This document shows, one piece after another, positions 1 through 11,800 of a stretch of DNA of 64,000 bases. A program made the position numbers and the translations under genes. The stretch comes from Amphiscolops sp. MND2022 (lineage: Eukaryota), in NCBI GenBank assembly GCA_964187785.1, contig OZ076412.1, forward strand, positions 19,716,001-19,780,000, in the 5' to 3' direction. Numbering within the stretch: position 1 is the first letter of the stretch; every line of letters begins with the position of its first letter. The notes under the pieces are model-generated. The model saw only the letters and a program-made list of their open reading frames with translations. It had not been told where the DNA came from and did no database searches.

Positions 1-1848
1 TGTCTTGCTAATAACGTAGTACCATTGAACGTTTTGCTGATTTCATTATTATTTTGATTAGTCTGTTAAAGCCCACAATCGAAAATCCAAGTTAGTTGTT
101 GTGTAATGTAACAATGCAGTTAAATTTGTTGTACAAAATGAGTTGAAGTACAAGCAAATGCACGCAGTATTGGAAACGAGTTCAAGTGAACGAAACTCCT
201 ATTCCGGAGACGTCACTTGAGCACAGCCAATCAAATTGCTTCATTTTGCAGTATTAGTACGGCTTTCATGTAGTGGCGGAAGAGTAAGGCCAATTGACTC
301 AAGGCAATTACTTTAATCTACGCTTTGGTCAAATGGCCGATCCCGGCCATTTCATATAAAATATGGTGTTGATATACTAATTGTAGTTGTAATTAACCAA
401 TGTTACTGTAGTTATGCTTTCAATACTAAGTTATCAATCTTGTGCTGTTTAAACGACTAAATATGATTGGCATTTCATTAAAGGCCGGATAAGGTCTGTT
501 GACTCAATTTGGTCTTCTTTTGTCAGTACCTCGGTCAAATGGCCGGTTCCGGCTATTTTTGCATAAGACGATGCTTTGATGTTAATTACGCTTATATTTA
601 ACCTGTGTTCTTGTATTTGTGCCTCTATACTAAATAGCCATCCGGGTGCAGTATTAGTATTTAAAAAGCCAGATCTAAATTAGTGGACGGCTTAGGCCAT
701 TTCCTATTTCTCCCTTAATAACCATTTTACATTGGGTATTATGGCCAATTCCGGCCACAATACGGAGATGCATTTGTCCAAATACCGGTGCTGGAAATCA
801 TACTGTGCTATAATTTTGTGTAAGCCTGCACATGTATTATCGTATTTTGTTTCTTGATGCACCAAGTAATATACACGCGTGGGCACGTGCCAAAGTTACA
901 TTCCAATGATAGGAATGCAATTAGTGGTATTTTGTAGACATTCCGGCGGTAGTATTTTCATTGGTAACTTGTTTGATGTTGCTGTTTAGATTGAATACCC
1001 AATTAAGATGTTGATTGAAACTCCCTAAATATGTAGAATTTTGAGAAAATGTTATGTAAGTCACATATCTTGTGATCTTGATCTTAATTAGAAGAATGTA
1101 AAAAATTTGATTGTCACCCTCTCAGGGTTATATATACCGGTGTTTTCCTGAGAAGATTTAATTCTGAGTTTTGCTATCTGCTGTTCAGTTCGTTGAAATA
1201 TTCATTAGAAGTACATCGTAAAAATTACGTTTTCCAATCAAGACAATTTATTCTGTTGCTTGGATTTTCTTCAATGCCTACTACTAGAAAACAGAAGAAA
1301 GCTAGAAAGTCAAGAGGACTAGATATGTTATCAAGCATGGCGAATCTTGACGTAATGCTTGAAGGAAATCACTTTAGTGATATATATAGAGGAAACCCTG
1401 AATAGTAATTTGCCCGGTAGGCCTGAAAGTGCTGCCAGTAGTATTTTTGAAAATGACAATGGGGAAATGTGTCCAAACCGTGACTTAGGTACCAATGCCG
1501 AATTTGGGCAGAATTCCGCAAGTGGAAATTCTAGTGCTGAGATAAATAGGTTGTCGAGTGAATTGAACTCAAGGTTATCAAGAGAATTAGATGAGATGGT
1601 GGGTAGTGTTAATACCCAGATCCAAAGGGCTATTAGTGACGCAATAAGTAATCAGATATTGCCTCAGATTCAAACTGCCCTAAATGCCGGATCAGGCCAT
1701 GTGACACAGAACAGGTGGAACGTTCCGCCCGAGAGACCGGAAATGAATCCCGAAGAAACTTATGGTGAAAAGACTAAGAAAAATACTAGATGTGAGCAAC
1801 GCTTTGATTGCCAAAATGGTAGTCAACCTAATTTGCGTGCTTACGACA
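1..1848 (+). mobile_element. Probable solo LTR (or LTR remnant) of a Ty3/gypsy family carrying the gag N-terminal ORF; left boundary not determined
   Basis: ORF from ATG 1274 (MPTTRKQKKARKSRG...NLDVML, frameshift near 1380, then ...SRELDEMVGSVNTQIQRAISDAISNQILPQIQ) is paralogous to the gag start at 47186-46622 (MPSTRSKKSKARRSRE...DMDVML...QIENAISMAISERVLPQVQ). Homology stops at ...TACGACA (1848), the position equivalent to the LTR end/PBS junction of the other element. Confidence 0.6.
1274..1848 (+). pseudogene. gag: gag N-terminal coding fragment (frameshifted)
   Basis: Track ORFs 1193..1405 and 1359..1976 overlap in different frames and align to the gag N-terminus at 47186-46622. Confidence 0.7.
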
Positions 1849-1948
1849 CTTTAAGAGCTCAGAAATTTTCATGTGTTCGATTTCTTATGGTTCACCTACT
1901 GGGTCAACCAAAAAAACGGAACGCACAAAAATTTCTGAGCTCTCAAAG
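1849..1948. repeat. ~100-bp inverted-repeat element (small MITE-like)
   Basis: CTTTAAGAGCTCAGAAATTT (1849-1868) versus AAATTTCTGAGCTCTCAAAG (1929-1948): 20-bp inverted repeat with 1 mismatch. Confidence 0.55.
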
Positions 1949-3565
1949 TTTCAAATATTTGCCAACAAACGCTTGAAGACAACTTTGAACGCTGCTGTCA
2001 ATCATTCGAATTAGCATATTTCCTCAGAAGTGAAAAAACTTTCACATGTTAAAAATTAGAACGAAGTGACTGGTCAAGACGTCTAGACTATTTGTGATGG
2101 TTGCAGATCTTCTATCAGAATGATTGGCAGTAAATTTGACGATTTTCAGTGCCTTGTTTACAAATAATACGATTATGAAGACGCTAAAATTTACTCCTTC
2201 TTCTTTTTTTGTTCACCTAGTAGTGATATTCTGAACGTTGACGACTGACATGATTTTTGTGCAGAGTCTTTTTTGATTTCCATTCGAACTTAACTGGATA
2301 AAATTTAGAAATTTCAATTCCGATGAAATACCATAGCTACATTACTATAACGTTCTAACATGGAGCAACCAAATTTGGTTTCTGAGGCTGTACCGAAGAC
2401 GAGACAACAACTCCTGTTGTGTAATGGAGCCAGGGATGAGAATGGAAATATTTTGAAAACTCAGTCGTCATTTATTAATGTTTGGCAATGACAAGAACAT
2501 TTTTCGTTTAAAATTTGTGACTGGTAGCTATATTTGTTTAACAATAGCGGAAAAAATCAAGCCTAACTGCAGTAACAAAAAAGCCATTAATTAAATCGCC
2601 GGCTAAAAAATACAAGTAATGAAGCCTTTGAAACCTGGAAAAACGTTCACGTAACTTCCTAAATTTACACAAGCTTACTAAAGTTTCATTTTTTAAAATT
2701 TCGAATTCTTCCACAAATAAACTAGCGATTAAAGCCACCATATATTTATAGTCGCAAAAATGATCTAAGATAAAATTGTAGCAACTTGCTAAAATTAATT
2801 TCGTTAGTTTCGCTAGAATTGAAATGAAAATTATCTTGGAATGGAAAAGTCAAGTTACTCAATATTTGCTGTTAATGGAAGCAACTTATTGAATAAACTC
2901 GTTTTTTCAATCAAAGATTCTCGATTATTAGAAATTCCCATTGAACAACCCAGCTGATAGCAAATTGCTTAAAATCACAAACTAAATACAACTGTAGTTA
3001 TTGAAATTATTAGGCATACTCCTCATCCCAAACTGCAAACAGAACTATAGAGTGTCTGTGATTTACCCCACCAGTCAGCAGCTGACTGGAGAAGAACAAG
3101 AAGAACTAACCCTTTTGGGCTCATTCTACGCTTGCAAGACAGCCGGGTGTATAGGGTTAGAAACTTACATCCATCAAAAAGCTCTCTCATTTTTTTCTCA
3201 CTATAGCATTTTTTCTTGAGAAACCCTCTTTCCTAAAAATCTTTCAAAAGATGTTTGTACTCAATTCACAAATTTAGACGTCCCTATCCCATTTCAAGGA
3301 GATTTTACATTTCGAGATTCTCAACAGAAATCGACAAACCCAGGTGACGTTTTGTGCTATTTGCCACGAGAATGCTTCGACCGACGCTTCAAAGATTGTG
3401 AAATGAGTTCAAATTTTAATCCAGAAAAACTTTGCAGTAAAAGGTGCAACCTACATAATTATGCGGGAAACATTTCCGTGGTCGATAAAGGCACAGCTAC
3501 AACTCATATCAACTCAAACGAGCGGCCACTCACATCAAGATGAAACTCATATCAACAAAAAAGCT

Positions 3566-4327
3566 ACAAGACGTCCGCTAAGCACCGGGATATTTTCCGC
3601 CTTCTCAAAAAAGATTGGCAAAGGCGAGATTCGAACCACTAACTACTGCCTGAGAGGCGAATGCACTAATAACTAAAATAGTCAAGTAACTAAAGGAGTC
3701 AAGTAATGGATGGAGACAGTGGAGATTTGGCAGAGTTTGAAAAAACAAGCCGAGAACGGCCAAAGTCGGCGCCATATCTAAGGCTCAAAATTTAAAAGGG
3801 GGACCCTTCGGGCTTTGTGAAACTCCAGCTGGTTGCAAAAAACTTGAAAAAAATTGAAGGGGGGACCCTTTGGAGACATGAAAAAATTTCCCGAAAAAAT
3901 TTTTAATGAGATTTTTGAACAGTGTCACAGTGCCGAAAAATGTAAAAGGGGGGACCCTTTGCGATTTTTTGACATCCATTGTGTTGCAAAATATCGAAAC
4001 AAGTGAAGGGGGGACCCTCTGGTGCAATCCAAAAAACTTCAAAAAAAGTGCTGAAAAAAAGTGGGGGCAAAGGTGTGTTTTCGAGGTTGTGGACGTCTCT
4101 TTTGTTTTTTCTTTTCGTTTTGGACGCGCTTCTGAGGTTGGAGTTGTTGAGGTTTGAAGTTGTTGAAGTTTGAGGTTGTTGAACAAATGAACAAAAAAGT
4201 GGACCTTTCGTGTCTAAAAAAAAACTACCCACTGTAATAGTCGGGCACATTTTCTACTAAAATGCGCCGACTAAAAAGGCAACACAGATTATGATTTTCC
4301 TCCCCATTTTATGCGGGCGGAAACTAA
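3566..4327 (+). mobile_element. Non-autonomous Helentron/HINE-like element, family A (with nested insertion)
   Basis: 5' end ACAAGACG...GGGATATTTTCCGCCTTC recurs at 27290 and 60527. 3' end CAACACAGAT(T/C)ATGATTTTCCTCCCC...GGGCGGAAA recurs at 27602-27649. ATTTTCCGCC and GGCGGAAA(C/A)T form subterminal inverted repeats, and the 3' end folds as a hairpin. Confidence 0.55.
3745..4277 (+). mobile_element. Nested HINE-like repeat, family C, with GGGGACCCT internal repeats
   Basis: Subterminal IR AGTCGGCGC (3764) / GCGCCGACT (4264) followed by an A-run; repeated AAGGGGGGACCCT motifs. GTCGGCGCCATATCTAAGGCTCAAAA recurs at ~61763, and GCGCCGACTAAAAA at ~58903. Confidence 0.5.
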
Positions 4328-4879
4328 CAATTCATATCAGCTTAGTCGAAAAGTTAAAAGAACCCGATAACACTCCGGAAACGTTTTTTAATTAGCTACA
4401 ATTTTAATTCAAATTAAGAACATAATTTGGAATCTCGGCACGTTTTTAAACATCCCACCTTAGATCATTTTCTCCGCGAAGTTTTCAGTCAGAGTGCAAT
4501 ATTGAAATGGTTTTCCTATACAATGATAATTAACGTGAGTGCTGTTGTTGGGAAGATAACTGCAACGTTATTAAATCAGAAACTATTTTTAAACTGTTTT
4601 GTGCAAATATTGTACATTTTAAAAATATTTTTGTGTTTGTAAAAGCCCAGAAAGTCAACGATAATTAGCTCGTGCACGTACTTTTAAATAGAAAAATCTG
4701 AAATTTTAATTGAAAAAACCTAAAATGAACCAAGAAAGAAGTATTTAAACTTTCAAACTTTTCGAAAATTTTTGTGCACTTTTTTGTACTCTAATGACTA
4801 CGCTCGAATCCAAAGCACATTTTGTTGCTAAATTAAGTCAGGACGGAAACTCTTGGCGCTCGGCGGGCGTGTTGTTATA

Positions 4880-5170
4880 TAAAATCTGGATGAGTATTCT
4901 AATTCGGGATAGCGTATTTGCATCAACCTGACGTTTTGTCCCATGGAACTGTTTGTATTCTAGCACGAACTTGAAGATTTGCGAGCTGGACGATGGTTTC
5001 ATTACCTTGTTCACGGGTTCTTGGTCTGATTGCGCCAAATGGGGTGGTACAACCAGCAGTTTCCGGTTCTTTAACCAAGTTCCAGGCCTCTGAGTCTTTG
5101 AACGGTCTTGAATGTCTCCTGTGACTTTGGAAACTGAAATGACCCTGACAATGCCCATTGCTTTCAAGTA
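4880..5170 (-). pseudogene. Degenerate Ty3/gypsy RNase H fragment
   Basis: Translation ...FKFVLEYKQFHGTKRQVDANTLSRI resembles the gypsy RNase H C-terminal motif (F.F...Y..G......D.LSR); heavily decayed. Confidence 0.35.
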
Positions 5171-5852
5171 ATATTTTTAATGAAAAGTAGCAATACCAAT
5201 ATTCAACAAAAGTCAACAAAGAAACGCTAGGGATGCGCAGCTCAAAACACGTTTTTCAATTCACTAGAGTACCCGAAACAATTACAGACAGCTAATGTAG
5301 CAGACGATAATATCGGCGTTATACCATCGGATGCAATTGACAAAAGCCGAGGAGACAAAACATTTCAGAACTTCATCAGAATTATTATGGCGTTATTGCT
5401 TTGCAATCAAAAATAAGTTATAACTATTGTATACTAATACTTGGTTGAAATAAAATAGACTTTTGTTTCAAAGAATCTTTCTCTTTAGTCAACTACAAAG
5501 TATCAACACAAAAACTATTTACGATTAGCTCCAGTCTAGCAAAAAATTCCAACGTTCATCAACAGTTGTGACAAGTTCTTAAGTAACTCGGTTGTCCGAA
5601 AATCGCTGGAAGTTGTCAGTTTTGTAAACGATGTATTACAGTTTCGTTATTCCGCCGATTTTGGTAGACATGTAGGAAAGTCCGGGTGTTGTCATGACTC
5701 CTGGCATGAAATCTACGGTTGCTTTCTGGTTACCTTCTGGTTGCTCTCAGGCTGTGATGTCCTTTCTCTTGGTTCCAATGTGAGCCTATAAAAACACCAG
5801 TGTTCAACCAATGATTATTTTCTTCATTCGCGAAAAAAACAGTATATGGTAT

Positions 5853-6936
5853 CCCAGTGTAAAAACTCTTGAAACTCTTGATAAGAATCTTGGATATTCT
5901 TGGATTTCTTGGTGAGAATCTTGCCAAGACTCTTACCAAGAAATCCAAGAATTTGCAAGATCTTGCAAGATCGTGCCAAGAAATTCAAGAAATCCCAAGA
6001 TTCTTATCAAGAGATTCAAAAGAAACCAAGAATAGGCAAGAAAATGCAAGAGGATTCAAGATTCCCGTTTAGAACCTCAGTCATCATAAAACCTTCAGAA
6101 GTCTCGGCAAATGAGCTAAAATAATGACCCAAAAGGATTGAAAACAATATCCAATTGGTATGTATCAAGGATCTAGAGAATACCTGTTTCAGACCCAAAA
6201 ATGACCATGAAAGATCTAAAAATGCAGCTGACGTTGGAAAATCATTGTGTTTTGCACTCACAATTGCAAATTAAGATCTGAATTAAGCAAAATAATGAGC
6301 TAAATGAATTCAAAACAAGATCCAATAATTGGTATATATCAAGAATCTAAAAATACATGTTTCAGACCCAGAATTGATCATGAAAGGTCCAAAAAAATGC
6401 AGATGGAGTAGGGAAATCATTAAATTCTGTCTCATAATGGCAGTTTCAGATCTGAATTGAGCAAAATATTGACCCAAAAGGATTGAAAACAAGATCCAAT
6501 CGGTATGTATCAAGGATCTAAAAAGTACATGTTTCAGACCTAAAATTGATCCTAAAAGATCCAAAAAGATGCAGATGAAGTTGGAAAATCATTGAATTTT
6601 GCTCTCTCACAATTGGTCTCTGAAATTTGCCGTAAACTTGCTGACAAATGAGTAAATTTTCTTGATTTTTCCATAATTTTTCCATAACATGGCCCAAAAT
6701 TACTGTGAACAGGCCTAATTCAACAGTTTGTGAAATCGCACTAAATTTTGAACTAATCGAATTTTTCACTTCCCGGATTTCTTGATAAGAATCTTGGCAA
6801 GATTCTTGTCAAGAAGTTCAAGAGTGTTTTGAAGAAGTAAGACATTCCAAGATCTTATCAATAAATTCAAGAGGTAGCAGGATTTTGTAAGAAAATCCAA
6901 GATCTTGGTAAGAAATCCAAGAGTTTTTACACTGGG
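5853..6936. mobile_element. MITE with CCC termini (CMC/EnSpm-like)
   Basis: Perfect 19-bp TIR CCCAGTGTAAAAACTCTTG / CAAGAGTTTTTACACTGGG, flanked by a 2-bp AT duplication (5851-52, 6937-38). Subterminal arrays of CTTG/CAAG words and three internal ~173-bp tandem units (6119-6630). Confidence 0.8.
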
Positions 6937-7387
6937 ATGCTACTCTATTGGTTGTTGAGTTTTTACCTTTGGTTTTTACATTTAGTTTTTACATTTAGTT
7001 TTCTCTTTACAATGTAGTATTTACATTCAACCGATGATAGTTCTTCGACTATTAGGGTAGTGAAGTTTAGAGAGTCGATCTCCGAGTTTGTTCTGATTAA
7101 TGTACCATACGACTTTTCCTCGTTCAGAATCTCATCCCAATCAACCTACTTTGCGTCTAGAAGCCGGTTTTCTGCGGTAATTTAATCGCCTACTGCTGGT
7201 TTGCAGTTTTTTGATTTCTTGTTTCGTTCGCAAAGAAGACGCCCGATTTAAATTCTCATTTTTACCGTATCTCTTTCTACGATATTCTCGGTTCCTCTTG
7301 TTCCTCTCGAATTTTTATAGTTTCTTTTACTTTCAACAAAGTTGAATGGATAGCTAAAACCTCTTTCTTTCTGCTCTCACTTATATG

Positions 7388-7720
7388 GGTCCTGTAACTA
7401 CTTTTGAATGTAGCCATTACCATGTGATTGGTAATATCGCCTTTATATGCTGTTTCTGCTGACATAGATCAGTAGTTCAGGTTTGTGCAGTGCTCAGTCA
7501 GAGAAAGGCGACCAGACGGATGGACTGTTTTTTCTTTTTGTATTGTATAGTTATTTAGTTCAGTTCAAGAATTTCAACAATATGTAACTCATGCTGTAAT
7601 TCATGATATAACTCTTTCCTCTTCGGTGAATTTAATGGGTCCTTGAACTACTTTTGCTTTTAGCCAATACCATGTGATTGGTAATATCGCCGTTGCTGTC
7701 TTTCCTGGCATAGATCAAGA
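7388..7720 (+). repeat. Local direct repeat (~85 bp, two diverged copies)
   Basis: GGGTCC...AACTACTTTTG...TAGCCA.TACCATGTGATTGGTAATATCGCC at ~7388 and ~7638. Confidence 0.6.
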
Positions 7721-7727
7721 GCCATTA

Positions 7728-8280
7728 GAGTGCACAGGCAAGCCTATTTGCTCAAAGCGCAACATTGTGCTTTCAATATCTCGGATTCCACGACCATACC
7801 TTTAACCGTGCAAAATTGGCAAATTACGTCATTTGTCCCGGATTCCACGGATTTCGTCGTGGATTCCAGTAACAAATGCTTAGCTGTACGCACTGTCGGC
7901 ATGCAGCGGTGTCCCGGATTCCACAAAAACGTAAGTTTTGCAAAATGAACCAATCAGATTGCAGAAATCATAAATTTCCTGGATTCCACGACTTTATGCT
8001 TGACGCGATACGCGGCATCTCTTCTTTAATTAAATTCAAGTGGAAGACTGAACAAACATAATATTATGCACTACTTTTCGTATATTAATTCCAAATGAGT
8101 CAAACTAACACACCAATATCACACAAAATTAGTATTGGCGTGGAATCCAAGACAAGCATTGTCGTGGAATCCAAGACACGCTTAACATCAAAGAGAAATT
8201 TTGTCCTGGATTCCACGACTTTTCTCAATTTTCGTGTCCCGGATTCCACAAAAACAGCAAAATAGCTTGCCTGTGCACTG
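7728..8280. mobile_element. Tc1/mariner-type MITE
   Basis: TIR (G/C)AGTGCACAGGCAAGC..., flanked by TA on both sides (7726-27, 8281-82); about nine internal GGATTCCAC motifs in both orientations. Confidence 0.7.
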
Positions 8281-8304
8281 TAATGGCTAAAGTACGTGCA
8301 GTGC

Positions 8305-8815
8305 TCAGATAGATAAAACGACGGGTAAAGGTTTTTTATCGTTTTGCATTGAATTTTTCAGTTCGGTTTGAAAATGTCTCATGGTGTTTACAAGAGTTGT
8401 TTTCTCGAAGTCTTCCGGTTCGGTGAGAAACGATGTTTCCAAAATAACAATTGGTTTCGAGTTAATTTGGTCAAAACAAGATGCTGAGGAAGTGTGAGTT
8501 TCAATCATTAACAAAAAGCGGATAAACGGATAGGCGTTTGAGCCTGCAACAGTTCAGTGTAGAAAAAATGACAGCTTTAATGTAAAGAGCACATAAAATT
8601 TGACGCTGATTCTACAACGTTCATCAAAAGTGCGTAGAATTAATTGTCAATCAAACTGAATATATGGAGTCAGCTGTCAATCTAAAAAGGCATGTCGGTC
8701 AATGTAAAATAAGTTCAGAGGACAAAAGTTTGTTAATGTTTTATGGTGAATCAAAAGGTGGAATCTATTCGCCCGAACCGCCCGTTCACGTGTTTAGAAA
8801 CGCATCGCTGGCGTA
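8305..8815 (-). pseudogene. Decayed coding fragment of unknown family (copy 1)
   Basis: Peptide IETHTSSASCFDQINSKPIVILETSFLTEP aligns with IEPHISLALYFDQVKSNSITILETSFLNEP at 15544..15957; DNA similarity over ~400 bp with 15800-16210. Confidence 0.5.
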
Positions 8816-8869
8816 AAAAAGAATTTTCGTAAATTTGAAAAAAACATAATAACGTTATTTTGGTTAAAA

Positions 8870-11800
8870 GTAAAATATATGCGGAACGATAAATACCGTC
8901 TGAACTATAACTTAGCGAGCCAAAACTCGCAGTGAAATTAATGGCCTCCGGGGTTGGACGGTTCAGACTGATCTATCCAGACAAGATCTCGTGAGTTAAG
9001 GGCTTTGCTGCTATCTGTGACCCACTTGTTTCGGCAATTAAGTAATTTGTTCAACCGCTTTTCATAGATTGCATCGACATAGGTTTGTTCCCGCGCGTAA
9101 TGTTTTCAATGGTAGAAATCTGCTGCCGAGGTAGTATGAGACGGAAGTCCAGTGTGCGGTCGGTCGAGGAGTAAACGGTTAGACATCCATTCGTCTGTTT
9201 CACTTGAATCGGAGCTAAGTGAGGTCAGCGGCCGCGCGTTCAATGTCTGCTCGACCTAACAGAAGACGGTCAGAAGAACTTCATCGGAGACGACGGTCGC
9301 CAAGGTTGGTTAGAAGATCCATTTATAACTGCGGACTTAACATACCGCTTTGGTGTGGTGTACCGGAAGCGTTAAATTTCGTGTGCTCGCTCAATCCATT
9401 TTCTTACGCTTTCAAGGTTTCAACGACTTCAGTCACAGTCCCGACGATTTTCGCATTATTGTCACACCGCGGCAAACCTGAGTGTTTTCTTGACCCACGA
9501 AATGGTGTCTACTGAAGCAACGATTTTTGGTGTACGGCTTGGGTTTTAAAGCCCGTGAGTGAGAAATCCCTTCGTTTCTCGTCTGTCTTTGTGAAAGATG
9601 AATAGTGGAACGTCTCAGCCACGTTTCTTCAACGACACACTAGACAAGCATTTCAGTTTTGCGCAAGTTGTTCCTCAATTTTAGGACGGCATGGTATTGT
9701 TGGATTTCGGTCCGCAAAACGTTACCACTTAGGTGGTAATGCAATTGATGCAAAGGTTAGAAAAACAAGTAGTGGACCGTCCAGAATATTTAGATGCTTG
9801 ACATCGTATGTTACTTTGCTTCGACGCGTGACACAACCAACGGATCGCATTAGACCGCTTGCACTAATGAAAGGCGAATATGGACGTATTTTTTTCCAGT
9901 GGAATTGTTTTAATTCAAGGAGATTTTCCATCTCAAGGGAGAACGATTCACGTTGTGCCATGGACAATAACATTGATTCAACGAGAGAAAACTCAGAATA
10001 GTAAACAATCTTTCTGTCGAGAAATTGGAATTGACTATTGACTATGTTTCGGAAGAACGCGCTGACGATGAAGCATATTGCGTTACAGTTTCATGAAGGT
10101 GCTGAAATTTTCCCAGTGGATTATTGTGACTCGACTTTCAGGTCTCACAAGGGAAGGTTAAGCACTTTTTTCCTTTTTTCACTAGTGCCCTTTCAGATGC
10201 CCCTGCATACGAAACGTCAGATCTTAAGTACTAGCTGCTACAGTTGAGGGCTTCTGCGGAGAAGTGTTTAGTCCCGGCTTCGCACAGCAATCGGGTTAGA
10301 CATAACTCCCCTGGTCTTTGGTTGTCAGTTTGTAACAGTTCGCAAACTCTTTTCGCAAGTAAAATTGGCTGCTTTGCAGCAGATTACAATTATTGCTCAA
10401 TTGTAATACTACCATCAATCGGACGGGTGAAAGCTTTGTGAACTTCGGCACACAACTTAGCGTCCAGGAGCGCAGCTTGGAGTTCAAATTTAAAGACCGT
10501 CAACGACTCCCTCGGAGCTTTACGGGCTTGCCCAATGACAAAAAATTTTTAAAGATTTCGATTGGTGACTACACATAGCCTTCCAACCTATAACCTCACT
10601 GGGAAGTAGCTAAGCTACGAGGGATTCTAATTCTTCCACATAGCCGGGGTAACTCTTCAATCCACTCAGTTTTTTTTTGGTATGTCGGTTAAGAGTTGAT
10701 CTTGATCATTCCATTGTTGACGACCAGAAATGCGCCAAATGTGTTTCATCAGGAGCTCCGCTCTGACGGTGAAAGGTGCGAAAATCCGAGTAGGGTCAAA
10801 AACAGCAGCTACAAGGTTTCAGCTCGCTGCGTTAGAGCATAGGGGACGTCTTTGTTCCTTGGCTGACGTCAAGGTTGTCATTTGAATGATCCCACGTCAG
10901 TCCAAACACGTAGGAGGAAATGCTAAAAACTTCGGGACCGTTTTTGGTTTTTGAAGTCGAGAGGTAACTTGCCCGCGATCAGTTTAGCAGTAAGTGTCAC
11001 AGTCCGCTCTCGGACAGAATTGATTTAGAAACAAACTAAAACTAATCTACAAAACCGCCTCTCCAAAACGATTGAATTTGCGCCGCGACTACGTGACAGC
11101 TAACTAGAAATCATTCCAACTTCACGTCGCGACCACGTCACAGCTTTGGCAGTAAGATTGTAGTTGCGCTGCCGCTACGTCTCAGCTAAGACAACTAACT
11201 AGAAACCATTCCAAATTTACGTCCACGCTACATCCACTATAATGGCGGACTGAGTCTAATACCAAATTTACGTCCACGCTACGTCCACTATAATGGCGGA
11301 CTGAGTCTAATACCAAATTTACGTCCACGCTACGTCCACTATAATGGCGGACTGAGTCTATTACCAAATTTACGTCCACGCTACGTCCACTATTATGGCG
11401 GACTAAGTCTAATACCAATTTACGTCCACGTTACGTCCACTACATTAGCGGACTAGGTCCAACATCAAAATTACGTCTACTCTACGTCCCAAATTTATGA
11501 AATCAGGCGTTTTAGTCAGTATTAATTTTGAAAGGTATATTTCACTACGGTAAAACTAATCGAAGCTAGAAGATGAATCAACCTCAACACTACGTCGCAA
11601 TTTAACTAACCAAGCCAATTTTTGAATCGGCGTCATCGGTACGTCAACTATTATACTAAAATTTGAGAAAAAACATTTCTACGTCAGTATTGCGTCGACT
11701 AAAATTGAAGTCGAACGGAATATGCTATTTAAGTAAGCATTTTTTGGACTAACTTAATATGACAGTAATTTAACACTATTTAAATCGGAGTGTCACAGGT

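Noticed and set aside
1-10. TGTC at position 1 as the start of the solo LTR
   Set aside because: Window edge is arbitrary, the match to the inverted 3' end is only 4 bp, and the TSD cannot be checked.
3785-4250. ORFs of 133, 115, 83 and 64 aa on both strands
   Set aside because: They lie in a low-complexity GGGGACCCT repeat element and have no protein motifs.
5730-6769. Cluster of 60-84-aa ORFs with similar translations
   Set aside because: Spurious frames from the CCC MITE's word arrays and 173-bp tandem core.
11213-11490. Regular repeat array as a possible CRISPR, or a 17-aa repeat protein (ORF 11182..11418)
   Set aside because: Units are contiguous with no unique spacers, there are no cas genes and the context is eukaryotic; the ORF is a by-product of a 51-bp unit without stops.
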